From Candidatus Cloacimonadales bacterium (GTDB lineage Bacteria > Cloacimonadota > Cloacimonadia > Cloacimonadales > JAFGVF01), in assembly GCA_963662585.1 (NCBI GenBank), contig OY759729.1:3040001-3104000 (forward strand): a DNA stretch of 64,000 bases, written 5' to 3'. A model generated the notes under the pieces. It was not told where the DNA came from and did no database searches. It saw only the letters and a program-made list of their open reading frames with translations. Position numbers and translations under genes: made by a program. Shown here piece after piece: positions 43,716-54,284 of the stretch (the stretch's first letter is position 1; every line of letters starts with the position of its first letter).

Positions 43716-44440
43716 TTAATGAATAACCTCAGTCGTAGTCCTACATCTCCAATGAAACGGAGGAAAAGGAGAATAATTTCCAGAGACTCCAATTGGATTT
43801 CCAGTTGGGTCTCTTTTTATGGCTCAAGTACAAGTCTGGTGGAAGCATATTGTCTCTAATGCTGATTAACAAAGGGTTTATTGAATATATTAACTATAAT
43901 CAGTTACTATAATAACGTATAATAAGAATTTTGAATACTTTAACAGTATAAATTAAGGTAATTTTTCCACTTAAGTTGAACTTGAGCCCTTTTTATTTGC
44001 TTATCAGAAACCCAGGGAGCTATCTCTTTATTCATTTCTCTAACTGAATCAAGTGAGTGTTTGTTGGTATCTATGCTTAATAGCTCATTCATAGTATCAA
44101 GTGCAGTATCTAAAGGATATACTTTGTCCTGGCTAGCTAAGGCTCTGCATATCTCTGAAGTTCTGTCATCAAGTATTACAACAAGCCTGTAGCCAGTTGC
44201 TCCTGCTTTATGATAACCTTCTAATCTACCAAATTCTCGTATTCTAAGGGCTGTATGCTCAACTAAACCTTTCCAGTAGTGTTGATTCTTGTCACCGAGT
44301 GATTTGAACTCTTCCTTTAACTTATTAGCTAACATTTCTTTGGTGAATCCAGATGCTACAGATTTTCGAAAGCCTAATCTAATGTTTATCTTGAAATCAA
44401 TAGTGCTATACAAAATCATTTTAGGCTGTAAATTACTTAG
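43716..44440 (-). pseudogene. Phage head morphogenesis/minor capsid protein (Mu gpF/SPP1 gp7-like), 5'-truncated and MITE-interrupted
   Basis: LDDRTSEICR; removing 43821..43988 plus one TSD copy restores ...KQIKRDPTGNPIGVSGNYSPFPPFHWRCRTTTEVIH*. Confidence 0.85.
43821..43988. mobile_element. 168-bp MITE with 8-bp target-site duplication (IS1595-like ends)
   Basis: TIRs GGCTCAAGTACAAGTCTGGTGGAA / TTCCACTTAAGTTGAACTTGAGCC; CTTTTTAT on both sides. Confidence 0.88.
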
Positions 44441-44642
44441 TAAAAATTCGAAATCCATCCCACCACCTCCACCAGTCTTCGAAATGAACGAAGTGAATGA
44501 GAAGACTGACACGGCGTAGCATCTTTAGATGCGAAGACGGTCTTAGATTTATATTGCGTGGTTCGTTCATTACTAGGCCTAGGCAGGCCAGGTTATGGGT
44601 CTTCAAATTAGTAATAATTAGAGATTTTAAAATATTGTTATA

Positions 44643-44840
44643 AAGTGACACCTGTTTTTTCCTTAAAGTGCAGTCTGATTTCCTTATTGACCATAAATTT
44701 AGCTATATTTACTCCCATAAAGATAAATAAATTAAACACTTAAGCCATAACACTGTCGAAAAATAAAAGTGACAGAGGTTTTTCCACTTTTATAAGTTCA
44801 TCCTCAATTAAGGAAATATTGGAGCCATTTGGGTGACACC
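44643..44840. repeat. About 195-bp dispersed repeat, copy 1
   Basis: TGACACCTGTTTTTTCCTTAAAGTGC...TGTCGAAAAATAAAAGTGA...TTTTCCACTTTTATAAGTTCATCCTCAATTAAGGAAA; matches 48903..49095. Confidence 0.85.
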
Positions 44841-45185
44841 ATTAATTCTACTCCATAAAAGACTATAAATAGGCATTTAGCTAAAATATACTCTTACAAT
44901 TAGTGACACTGTTTTTTCCACAGTTGTTTGAATGGAAAAAGTTATATCACTATTTTGATAATTACATATTAACATCATCCCAAATAATGCATTAGGAATT
45001 GAAATATCGCACTATGTGATTATTATGAGGGCATAGTTTTTAAGCGAAGAATCATGGCAATAATAAGATCCATAATCTCAAGGAGAATTGAATTATTCAA
45101 GTTTCGATTCTGTAAGATATTTTGCAGAAAGAATCTCCACTCTTCACGAGAAGCATATTACTTTAGATAGGTCAAAGGTAACTTG

Positions 45186-45241
45186 ATGCTCTCTTATATC
45201 TTAGACAAAACACATGATTCATCTAAGATACAAGAGAGCAT
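45186..45241 (-). terminator. Long hairpin after the kinase stop
   Basis: ATGCTCTCTTATATCTTAGA...TCTAAGATACAAGAGAGCAT, 20-bp stem with 1 mismatch. Confidence 0.5.
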
Positions 45242-45255
45242 ACAATAAGACAGTC

Positions 45256-48200
45256 TTATAAATGATTATTTAATAGATAATTTTTAATGACGCGTATTAC
45301 TTCATTATTGTCTAGTGGCTTTGATAAGAAATCAGACATACCCGTATCTAGACAGCACTTTTTAACTTTATCAGAAACATTTGCAGTTAATGCAATTATT
45401 GGTGGAATAGTACCTTCTTTTTGGGTAATTATTTTTTTTGTAGCATTTAGCCCATCAAGAACAGGCATTTGTAAGTCCATTAAAATGAGATCAATGTCCA
45501 TTTCTAAAGAGTAAGAGACCCCCTCCTCTCCATTAACGGCCAGTGTTATATTTGCGTTGGGAATAAGTCTTTTAATTATCTTACCTATCAGTTTCCTGTT
45601 CAACTTATTATCTTCTACAATTAAAATATTGAAGTTATCGTTGCTTAAAACTGAGAATGCTTTTTTATTAGAAGTTTCTGATATTGAGTTACAGGTGGAT
45701 ATTTTCATTAACTCTCTGGAATCATTGTTTATTAAATCTGTTAATTCCCATGGTCTAATAGGCTTTCTTAATAACTTAAGATATAAACCATCAAATATTT
45801 TAAGTATATCTTTCTCATTATAATAAGAATAAAGCATTATGATAGTAGTTTGGGGATGATTTAACTGAATGTAATTAACAAGATATTTTATATTCTCTAA
45901 ACAATCTGCCCTAAAAATTAGATAATCCAGAATTACAGTATGAATTTGGGCTGTTGATAAAACTTTTTCTACATTATAATTAGGTTGATAATCAATTACT
46001 GTATGACCAGCATTTTTAATTATTTTTTCGCAATAAAAATGTGTCTTATGATTTTTTGATAGTATGAGTATATTTTGTCTTTTAGCTTCTTTAGCTTTTG
46101 TAATAGAGTTTGAATATTTAACTTTAATGGTGAATGAGAAAGAACTACCTTGGTTTACTTCACTTGAAAAAGAAATCTCTCCTCCCATAAGTTTGACTAG
46201 ATTTTGAGATATAACCAATCCAAGTCCTGTACCTCCAAAGTCTCTAGTTATAGTATTATCAGCTTGAGAGAAAGCTTTAAAGAGATTATTAGCTTTGGTT
46301 GGGTCGATACCTATACCTGAGTCATTAACATAAAATGTTAATTCTCCTTCTCTGTCATTAATTTGAATAAAATTTATTACCAGTTCGACAAATCCTTGCT
46401 TAGTAAACTTGAAAGAATTAGATAACAGGTTGGTTAAAACCTGCCTTAGATGTATGCTATCAATATAGATAGTATCAGGAATAGAATTATATTCTAAGTA
46501 AAATTCAATTCCTTTTTTGGAAGAAAGTAATTGGAACATATCAATTTCATGTTCAAGAAACTTCTGGAAATCTTCTTCAACATAATGAAGTTTCATTTTT
46601 CCTGAGTCTATTTTTGAAAAATCGAGAATATCATTTATAATTTCGAGAAGATCTTTAGCTGAACGATTTGCAAAGCCTATATACTGTCTTTGATTATTAT
46701 CTAATTTTGTGTCTAAAACAATGTCCGTAAATCCAATCATACTGTTTATCGGAGTTCTAATTTCATGACTCATGTTAGCAATAAACTCAGATTTTGCTTT
46801 ATTTGCTTCATAAGAAGATCTGGCATATTCCTGGGCTATTTTTGTTTTTTTAGCTAATTGTTCATTTGCATTTATTAACTGAATATCTGATTTCATCTTT
46901 GAGGTAATGTTAGTGTATATAGGTGCGAATGTTTCTAAGATAGTAATCTCTTTATTGGTAATATCCTTTTTAAAATTAAAAAAGCTTGCACCAATGAATC
47001 CTGTAGGTTTTTTTCCATCAAATATAGGCACAAGGACAATACTTTTAACCGGTCTTCCTTCTAATAAATCAAGAAAGCTAGTTGGGGCATTATTCTGTAT
47101 GTCTGAAAATACTATCGTTTTTCTACTATGTAATGCAATAACTATGTCAGAGTTATTATCTAAAGAAACTGAAGATAGGGTATCTTTAAAATGAGTATAT
47201 TCTTTAGAATACCAATCATAATTTGTTTGAGCAATATTAGTTTTATAGTCGTAAGCATAGATAAATAACCTGTTAGCCCCCATATTAGCACCGATTTCAC
47301 CTAAAATTAATTCGAATTCTTTATCAACTTCAGACATTTTAAAATCAATCAATCTTGTAGAAAAATCTTTTATAAGTTTTGTGTAATTTATAACACTTTG
47401 AAGTTCTTGATTTATATCATACTGATATGTAAGATCAGTGAATGTTGTTAGTATTAACTTCTTATCACCGGTAATTAATTGTGTATAGCTCAATACCCCT
47501 TCTAATTTTGTGTTATATTTTGTATAAACTGTAACAATAAGGTCGGCAACACTCTCTTCATCTTTGATTTTTTGCTCAATGAGTTGAAGTATTTTTAGAT
47601 TTTTTACAATACCAATTTCATAAAATGTCTTACCTAGAACTTCTTTATCATTGAAACCTAAAATTTGCGTGAAAGCTTCATTTATCTGTAAATATGTTAA
47701 TGTATCATAATCTACTAAAGCAATTGGAATTGGGACATGATTAACTAAGTACTGATATTGGTAATCTGAATCTTTTTTTTGTTGATGTAAATGCTTTCGC
47801 AAAAATAACCAAATGAGGGTAATTATAGTGGTTGAAAGAAGTATTATAAGAATTGTAATTAATGCTACTTTTCTTTTATTGATATCAATTTTATACTCGG
47901 AGTAGCTACCTATCCAGTGGTCGTGAATTTCTTGAATTTTATCTATTGGTAAAGCCAGTAACGATTTATCTAAGATAGATGCTAATTCAGGCCAATCTTT
48001 ACGAATTCCAAATCTTTGAGATTGATCATTTAAGGGAGTTGGTCCATGAATTTGGATATTTTTAATATTTTGCTTCTGCATGATATAAGTCCCAACTGAT
48101 AAATCTCCAATAAAGGCATCGGCTTGACCATTTGCCACTGCTAGTAAACACTCTTTAACAGGATTCTGTTTATTGATTTCTTGAATTATAATATCGGGAT

Positions 48201-48717
48201 AGGCATTTTTAAGAGTTTGAGTTAATGCAGTTGCTGTAGGCATTATAATAGTTTTACCTTTCAAACTTATAAGGCTTTTAATATCAGCTCTATTGGCTGA
48301 AGTAAAAATTACATGGTGGTGAGTATAAAAACCCTCAGTAAAATTTAAAAATATCTGTCTTGTTGCAGTTTTTCTTAGTCCTAAAACCAAATCATAGGAC
48401 TTATGATTCTTTGTATTTAATAAAATATTCTCAAATGAGACTTTGTTTGCAGCAATTAATTTATAGGGAATATTGTTTTGTTTTAGCATGTATTCAATAT
48501 ATTCTACAGAAACTCCTTTAGCTTTACCATCTTCAATAAACTGATATGGTGGCCATTGGAATACAGCAACCCTTACAGTATCCTTTCTTGATAACCATTC
48601 TTTTTCAAGAGGAGTTAGCTCAATGTTCATTTTATAAACACCAAGCAGAGGAGCAAAAATTAGCAATCCAAGTAATGTTAGCATAAATTTCTGTAATTTC
48701 ATATATTTCTCCATCAA
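45256..48717 (-). CDS. Hybrid sensor histidine kinase (periplasmic binding domain, TM, PAS, GAF, HisKA, HATPase, degenerate REC, REC)
   Basis: ANMSHEIRTPIN H-box, NLLSNSFKFT, DSGIGI, GGTGLGL, DLILMDLQMPVLDG. Confidence 0.95.
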   Translation of the reverse strand: MMEKYMKLQKFMLTLLGLLIFAPLLGVYKMNIELTPLEKEWLSRKDTVRVAVFQWPPYQFIEDGKAKGVSVEYIEYMLKQNNIPYKLIAANKVSFENILLNTKNHKSYDLVLGLRKTATRQIFLNFTEGFYTHHHVIFTSANRADIKSLISLKGKTIIMPTATALTQTLKNAYPDIIIQEINKQNPVKECLLAVANGQADAFIGDLSVGTYIMQKQNIKNIQIHGPTPLNDQSQRFGIRKDWPELASILDKSLLALPIDKIQEIHDHWIGSYSEYKIDINKRKVALITILIILLSTTIITLIWLFLRKHLHQQKKDSDYQYQYLVNHVPIPIALVDYDTLTYLQINEAFTQILGFNDKEVLGKTFYEIGIVKNLKILQLIEQKIKDEESVADLIVTVYTKYNTKLEGVLSYTQLITGDKKLILTTFTDLTYQYDINQELQSVINYTKLIKDFSTRLIDFKMSEVDKEFELILGEIGANMGANRLFIYAYDYKTNIAQTNYDWYSKEYTHFKDTLSSVSLDNNSDIVIALHSRKTIVFSDIQNNAPTSFLDLLEGRPVKSIVLVPIFDGKKPTGFIGASFFNFKKDITNKEITILETFAPIYTNITSKMKSDIQLINANEQLAKKTKIAQEYARSSYEANKAKSEFIANMSHEIRTPINSMIGFTDIVLDTKLDNNQRQYIGFANRSAKDLLEIINDILDFSKIDSGKMKLHYVEEDFQKFLEHEIDMFQLLSSKKGIEFYLEYNSIPDTIYIDSIHLRQVLTNLLSNSFKFTKQGFVELVINFIQINDREGELTFYVNDSGIGIDPTKANNLFKAFSQADNTITRDFGGTGLGLVISQNLVKLMGGEISFSSEVNQGSSFSFTIKVKYSNSITKAKEAKRQNILILSKNHKTHFYCEKIIKNAGHTVIDYQPNYNVEKVLSTAQIHTVILDYLIFRADCLENIKYLVNYIQLNHPQTTIIMLYSYYNEKDILKIFDGLYLKLLRKPIRPWELTDLINNDSRELMKISTCNSISETSNKKAFSVLSNDNFNILIVEDNKLNRKLIGKIIKRLIPNANITLAVNGEEGVSYSLEMDIDLILMDLQMPVLDGLNATKKIITQKEGTIPPIIALTANVSDKVKKCCLDTGMSDFLSKPLDNNEVIRVIKNYLLNNHL

Positions 48718-48902
48718 ATAGGATATAATTTTATATCAATAATTTATGTTGTCAAGATTTTTTTTATAATTATCGTTTTTGCTCATGGAAAACTTGGGTG
48801 TCACTTTTTAGAAACAAACACTTTTAATTTCCTGAAATAGTATATAGTCGCGAATATAACAAAATATGATAAAAGGAGAAAGTGAAAAGTATGTCTAGTA
48901 CT

Positions 48903-49095
48903 AAATGACACCTGTTTTTTCCTTAAAGTGCCAGCATGATTTCCTTAACGACCAAAAAAATAGCTATTTTTACAAGCATAAAGATATATATTAACAACTT
49001 AAACTCTGATAGTGTCGAAAAATAAAAGTGATGGAGTTTTTTCCACTTTTATAAGTTCATCCTCAATTAAGGAAAATATTGTAGTCATTTGGGTA
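48903..49095. repeat. About 195-bp dispersed repeat, copy 2
   Basis: Direct repeat of 44643..44840. Confidence 0.85.
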
Positions 49096-49501
49096 CTCTA
49101 CTCTCTCTAAAAGCATAAAGTACTAATTATTAGACAAATAGAAGATTTCAACCTCTTTAATTTGTGGCTTCACCAAAGTTATGCCAAAGCAGGAAAGAAT
49201 AAAGTGGTATTCACAAAAGTATACTACATTGTTTGGGTTTATTGTTAATTACTCTATAGATTATTGGTTTCTTATGAGGAAAGTAACAATCAAGGAGGAA
49301 TATAAAATGAGTTAGGAAGAGATTTCAAATCCCAGGAAAAATATCCCTTGAAGAACTAATTTTGAAGATATAGGGGCCGTTTCAAAGCCCCTATTTAATA
49401 ATTAACAATTTAGTATCATTTTTTTAAGGACCTAAATAATAAGTATTATTCAGAAAGATACTTAGATTGTTTCAATCGCTACATCTTTTATAGAAAGTTG
49501 A

Positions 49502-52500
49502 TTAGTCAATATTGTATTTAGCTTTAAGTTCTTTCCAAGCTAGGGATTTGTTTATTGAAGATTGATTCCGCATTCTAGCAGAATATTGACCTTCATAATC
49601 TCTTATAGCAATGACACTATAAAACATTTGATCTGCAAACCAAATAACGCCAGAATGACTATAAGTCAATTGATCTGTAATAGTTAAATGAAGGAATTCA
49701 TCTGGACTTGCAGAAGGATCATCACTATAATTTATCACATAAAAATCAGGTGTAACTGGAATACCATGTTCTGTTTCGATAACAGGATCCCAGGTTATGG
49801 TTGCATTCCCATTATTCAATGAAAAATTAACATTTTGAGGATTAGGAATTTGGTCATACTCACCTGATCCCTGTAAAAATACTTCTAACAAAGGTTGGTT
49901 AGATGAGTTGTTATCTATAATAAGACTACTTTCGTAGTTTATATTGCTCCCTGGAGAAAAAGTTACAAGTATAGTATCTTGTTCATTGGGTTGGATTGGG
50001 CTATCAATATTATAGCTTAAGTCGAAAACACCTGGGAATTCTGGAGAAATGTAAATATCATTTATAACCAAATCAACAGTCCCAATATTTTTTATTATTA
50101 TACTTTGTGTTGAACTCAAGCCATAAAAAATAGATTCAAAATCTTGAATTGTAGGAGACAATAATGAAATCTCAACAATTTCAACAAACCATGGGTCGAA
50201 GAGGACTTCTCCAGAAGAAGAATTTTCGTTATCATCAAAAATGTGCTGATCTATACCATTAACGGTTTGGTATCCCCAAGTATTATAATAAGCATTGATA
50301 TTATTTGAGGATGAATTATAAAATTGATATTCATTAGAGTCATTATTTATAATAGTATTAAGCCCAGGATTTGAAGAGCTAGATCCGAAATCAGGATTAC
50401 CTCCATAAACAAAAACTCCATAAGATAGGTTATTCTCGATTATACTATTATATACAGAGATATCACTATTTGTATAAATACCATAATTTGAGCTTAGTTC
50501 ACTTACACTATTGTGAAAGTGTCCTCCTTGAGTATTGCGATAATAAAGATTTCCATTACCGACACGACCGCCATATCTAAGGGTACAATAATCAAATTCC
50601 CCTATAGAAGGGCTATCATTGGAGCTATAGCATTCTATTCCCTTCCAGTCTCCTGCTTGAGGATTACCTGAAGATATTCCATATACTTGACCTATGCTAT
50701 CATCATTAATTGAAGTAAAATAAACAGGATTAGCTTCTGTACCATTAACATCAATTGTTCCACGGACAGAAATATATCCAGATGAAGTTGCTTTGATGAC
50801 ATTGTTTTGTGGAATCGTTAAAGTAGATGTATCATCAACTGTTAATGTTCCTGTAAGAACTATTGGAAATCCAACTTCTTCTTCTCCTAAAGTTATGTCT
50901 TCATTAATATTACCGTTTATTCCAAAGGCATTAATTAGGTTTCCAGAACCTGAATTACCTGAGTAGCTGCTTACTTCAGTGTTAAAAAGATAAGCTACAT
51001 AACCATTATTATCAGTAATGTTACAGTTGTCGATATCAATTGTACCACTTCCGTAAATGCCAGAATCTTCATTATTAGTAAAGCTACTATTAGACACAGT
51101 AAGATCGCTACTATAGCTTTCTAAACCATAGCTTAAGCTAAACTCACTAGAACTATTATTAAAGTAACCAGAAAAAGAATCTCTATAATAAAGATTTCCA
51201 TTACCAATACGACCACCATATTTAAGGGTACAATAATCAAATTCCCCTATAGAAGGGCTATCATTGAAGCTATAGCATTCTATTCCCTTCCAGTCTCCTG
51301 CTTGAGGATTACCTGAAGATATTCCATATACTTGACCTATGCTATCATCATTAATTGAAGTAAAATAAACAGGATTAGCTTCTGTACCATTAACATCAAT
51401 TGTTCCGCGGACAGAAATAAATCCAGATGAAGTTGCTTTGATGACATTGTTTTGTGGAATCGTTAAAGTAGATGTATCATCAATTGTTAATGTTCCTGTA
51501 AGAACTATTGGAAATCCAACTTCTTCCTCTCCTAAAGTTATGTCTTCATTAATATTACCATTTATTCCAAAGGCATTAATTAGGTTTCCAGAACCTGAAT
51601 TGCCTGAATAGCTGCTTACTTCAGTATTAAAAAGATAAGCTACATAACCATTATTATCAGTAATGTTACAGTTGTCGATATCAATTGTACCACTTCCGTA
51701 AATGCCAGAATCTTCATTATTAGTAAAGCTACTACTAGACACAGTAAGATTGCTACTATAGCTTTCTAAACCATAGCTGAAGCTAAACTCACTAGAACTA
51801 TTACTAAAGTAACCAGAAATTGAGTTGCGATAATAGAGATTTCCATTACCGACACGACCGCCATATCTAAGTGAACAATAATCAAATTCCCCTATAGAAG
51901 GACTATCATTATAGCTATAGCATTCTATTCCCTTCCAGTCTCCTGCTTGAGGATTACCTGAAGATATTCCATATATTTGACCTATGCTATCATCATTAAT
52001 TGAAGTAAAATAAACAGGATTAGCTTCTGTACCATTAACATCAATTGTTCCACGGACAGATATTTTTCCAGAAGAAGTTGCTTTGATGACATTGTTTTGT
52101 GGAATCGTTAAAGTAGATGTATCATCAACTGTTAATGTTCCTGTAAGAACTATTGGAAATCCAACTTCTTCCTCTCCTAAAGTTATGTCTTCATTAATAT
52201 TACCATTTATTCCAAAGGCATTAATTAGGTTTCCAGAACCTGAATTGCCTGAGTAGCTGCTTACTTCAGTATTAAAAAGATAAGCTACATAACCATTATT
52301 ATCAGTAATGTTACAGTTGTCGATATCAATTGTACCACTTCCGTAAATGCCAGAATCTTCATTATTAGTAAAGCTACTATTAGACACAGTAAGATTGCTA
52401 TTATAGCTTTCTAAACCATAGCTTGAGCCAAACTCACTGGAACTATTATTAAAATAGCCTAAATCAGAATCGCTATAATAAAGATTTCCGTTACCAAAAC

Positions 52501-52915
52501 GACCACCATATCTAAGTGAACAATAATCAAATTCCCCTATAGAAGGACTATCATTATAGCTATAACATTCTACTCCTTTCCAATCTCCTGCTTGAGGATT
52601 ACCTGTAGAAAGACTAATCGTTTCTCCTACTGAGTTGTCATTAACTGAAGTAAAATATACATGACCTGTTTCTGTGCCATTAACATCAATTCTCCCAAAT
52701 ACCCTAATGCTAGCAGATGGTGCAAACTTTAGAACAACATTCGCATTTACTGTTAATATGCCAGTTTCTGAAACAGTACAAACATCATTCAAATAATAAG
52801 TACCTTCAGAAAGAACCATGCCTGAAAGATCACCTGTCAATATAGAATAACCTGTTACTAAAACAGGAAAAAGTATCATAAGTAAAGAAAGAAAGGGAAG
52901 TTTGAATTTTTTCAT
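49502..52915 (-). CDS. Secreted beta-helix protein with about 3.3 near-identical 215-aa repeats, choice-of-anchor D-like and terminal FN3-like domains
   Basis: NPQAGDWKG block at 50645, 51290, 51935 and 52580 (645-bp period); VYFTS..DD motif. Confidence 0.85.
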   Translation of the reverse strand: MKKFKLPFLSLLMILFPVLVTGYSILTGDLSGMVLSEGTYYLNDVCTVSETGILTVNANVVLKFAPSASIRVFGRIDVNGTETGHVYFTSVNDNSVGETISLSTGNPQAGDWKGVECYSYNDSPSIGEFDYCSLRYGGRFGNGNLYYSDSDLGYFNNSSSEFGSSYGLESYNSNLTVSNSSFTNNEDSGIYGSGTIDIDNCNITDNNGYVAYLFNTEVSSYSGNSGSGNLINAFGINGNINEDITLGEEEVGFPIVLTGTLTVDDTSTLTIPQNNVIKATSSGKISVRGTIDVNGTEANPVYFTSINDDSIGQIYGISSGNPQAGDWKGIECYSYNDSPSIGEFDYCSLRYGGRVGNGNLYYRNSISGYFSNSSSEFSFSYGLESYSSNLTVSSSSFTNNEDSGIYGSGTIDIDNCNITDNNGYVAYLFNTEVSSYSGNSGSGNLINAFGINGNINEDITLGEEEVGFPIVLTGTLTIDDTSTLTIPQNNVIKATSSGFISVRGTIDVNGTEANPVYFTSINDDSIGQVYGISSGNPQAGDWKGIECYSFNDSPSIGEFDYCTLKYGGRIGNGNLYYRDSFSGYFNNSSSEFSLSYGLESYSSDLTVSNSSFTNNEDSGIYGSGTIDIDNCNITDNNGYVAYLFNTEVSSYSGNSGSGNLINAFGINGNINEDITLGEEEVGFPIVLTGTLTVDDTSTLTIPQNNVIKATSSGYISVRGTIDVNGTEANPVYFTSINDDSIGQVYGISSGNPQAGDWKGIECYSSNDSPSIGEFDYCTLRYGGRVGNGNLYYRNTQGGHFHNSVSELSSNYGIYTNSDISVYNSIIENNLSYGVFVYGGNPDFGSSSSNPGLNTIINNDSNEYQFYNSSSNNINAYYNTWGYQTVNGIDQHIFDDNENSSSGEVLFDPWFVEIVEISLLSPTIQDFESIFYGLSSTQSIIIKNIGTVDLVINDIYISPEFPGVFDLSYNIDSPIQPNEQDTILVTFSPGSNINYESSLIIDNNSSNQPLLEVFLQGSGEYDQIPNPQNVNFSLNNGNATITWDPVIETEHGIPVTPDFYVINYSDDPSASPDEFLHLTITDQLTYSHSGVIWFADQMFYSVIAIRDYEGQYSARMRNQSSINKSLAWKELKAKYNID

Positions 52916-53319
52916 TTTTTTAATCCTTTTATTAGCGATTATAGACTTAAAATTCTGTAAGTACAGCTAATGTGCAATTTATAAGATTTTAAGAAATCTT
53001 TGTCTTATTTGTCTGTTTCATAGATAGACATAACTCTTGATTTAAAAAAAAGTAGTTGTTTTATTTTAGTCAATCATTTTTTTTGAAAAACACTATCGAC
53101 TATTTGAGAAAACTAAAGGATAAAGCCTTTTTAACAATAGATTATCTTTGATATAAAATTAAAAAAAACTCTATAAAAATCCCTTTTAAATATTCTAAGT
53201 AGACTAAAAGCTGAGCAAGACCTATCTGAGTAGACAGTATCTATCAATCTATCTATCTTCCTCGCGAGCATGACTCTATGAGCAGTAGCGTAGGTTATTA
53301 ATCTAGTCCAACCTACGCA

Positions 53320-53545
53320 ACCTCCCATAAAAAAGAATTTTAGAATTGCGATTATTGCCGACCAGGTTTCTCTTAGCTGGGAGCCTGTGCAAGGTGCAGA
53401 CAGTTACAAGGTCTATGGTACCAATAATCCCAATCTTCCCCTTGAAGAGTGGGAGCTCCTCGCTCAGAATGTCACCTTACCAAACTGGACTGATATGAAT
53501 AGTGGAGATAGCAAATTCTATTGCGTAAGAGCCTGCAAAAGCAAT
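53320..53545 (+). pseudogene. Orphan C-terminal FN3-like domain remnant
   Basis: IAIIADQVSLSWEPVQGADSYKVYG..NP....W.........WTD......FYCVRA with no proper N-terminus. Confidence 0.55.
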
Positions 53546-53779
53546 AGAATTATACCTTCAAAACCTTCAAACTGTCCGCCGTTTATCAAACCAGAAGTAG
53601 TAAACAGAAAACCGTAAGCAATTAACATTTGTTTCTGGATAATTCCAGCCGGGAACAGGGTTTTAACACCCCACTCCCGGCTGTTTATTTGGAATACTCT
53701 TAATGTGGATGGTTTAATGTAGGAGCGGATAATCATTCGCCAAAAATAGATAAATTAATCTATTTATCAAATTATTTAC

Positions 53780-54249
53780 GGCTCAAGTTCAAGTCTGGTG
53801 GAAATAATATAAATCAATGAGAATTTTTCATTACTAGTGTTATTCTTCGAATATCCCTGAAGGGGATTAAATAGATTATCCTGGGGTAAGATCCTATAAG
53901 GATCGTCACCCCAGGTACAATATCCAAAATTATGCACATAACCCTGTAAGGGTTTTATAGAAGGCTGACTAATTTATATAATATACCATTGGTATATATG
54001 TTTTTATTAAACCCTTACAGGGTTACACTTTTTATGTACATCATAACCCAGGGTTGCAATCCTTTCAGGATTTTACCCTGGGCTAAACTATTAATCCCGT
54101 TGGGGATATAAGACTTATCCCTTCAGGATTAAGTCTTATTTCGCATAAAAACTTCTATTTCTTGTACACTATAAAGCCTAACTTACTGTAATGCAAATAA
54201 TAAGGTGTAACATAATGCTTAATAATTTCCACCAGACTTGAACTTGGCC
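53780..54249. mobile_element. MITE of the same family as 43821..43988, with nested palindromic element
   Basis: GGCTCAAGTTCAAGTCTGGTGGAAA / TTTCCACCAGACTTGAACTTGGCC; flanks TTATTTAC / ATATTAAC (6/8). Confidence 0.8.
53851..54109. repeat. Long imperfect inverted repeat of IS200-like end type, no tnpA
   Basis: CCCTGAAGGGGATTAA...CCCCAGG...AACCCTGTAAGGGTT / AACCCTTACAGGGTT...CCCTGGG...TTAATCCCGTTGGGGA. Confidence 0.7.
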
Positions 54250-54284
54250 ATATTAACTAATAAGTTGTATCTAGGCCTTTCTCC

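Noticed and set aside
43900..43930. dif/Xer-like site
   Set aside because: Only loose AT-rich resemblance, lacks a TTATGTTAAA XerD arm, and lies inside the MITE
43940..44512. 190-aa ORF as an intact gene
   Set aside because: Chimeric: N-terminus reads through the att repeat (GGGGG), the middle is the phage head gene, and the C-terminus reads into the MITE
50540..52700. Diversity-generating retroelement target/template pair
   Set aside because: No reverse transcriptase in the window, all repeats are in frame within one ORF, and differences are not adenine-specific (TAT/TTC/TCC)
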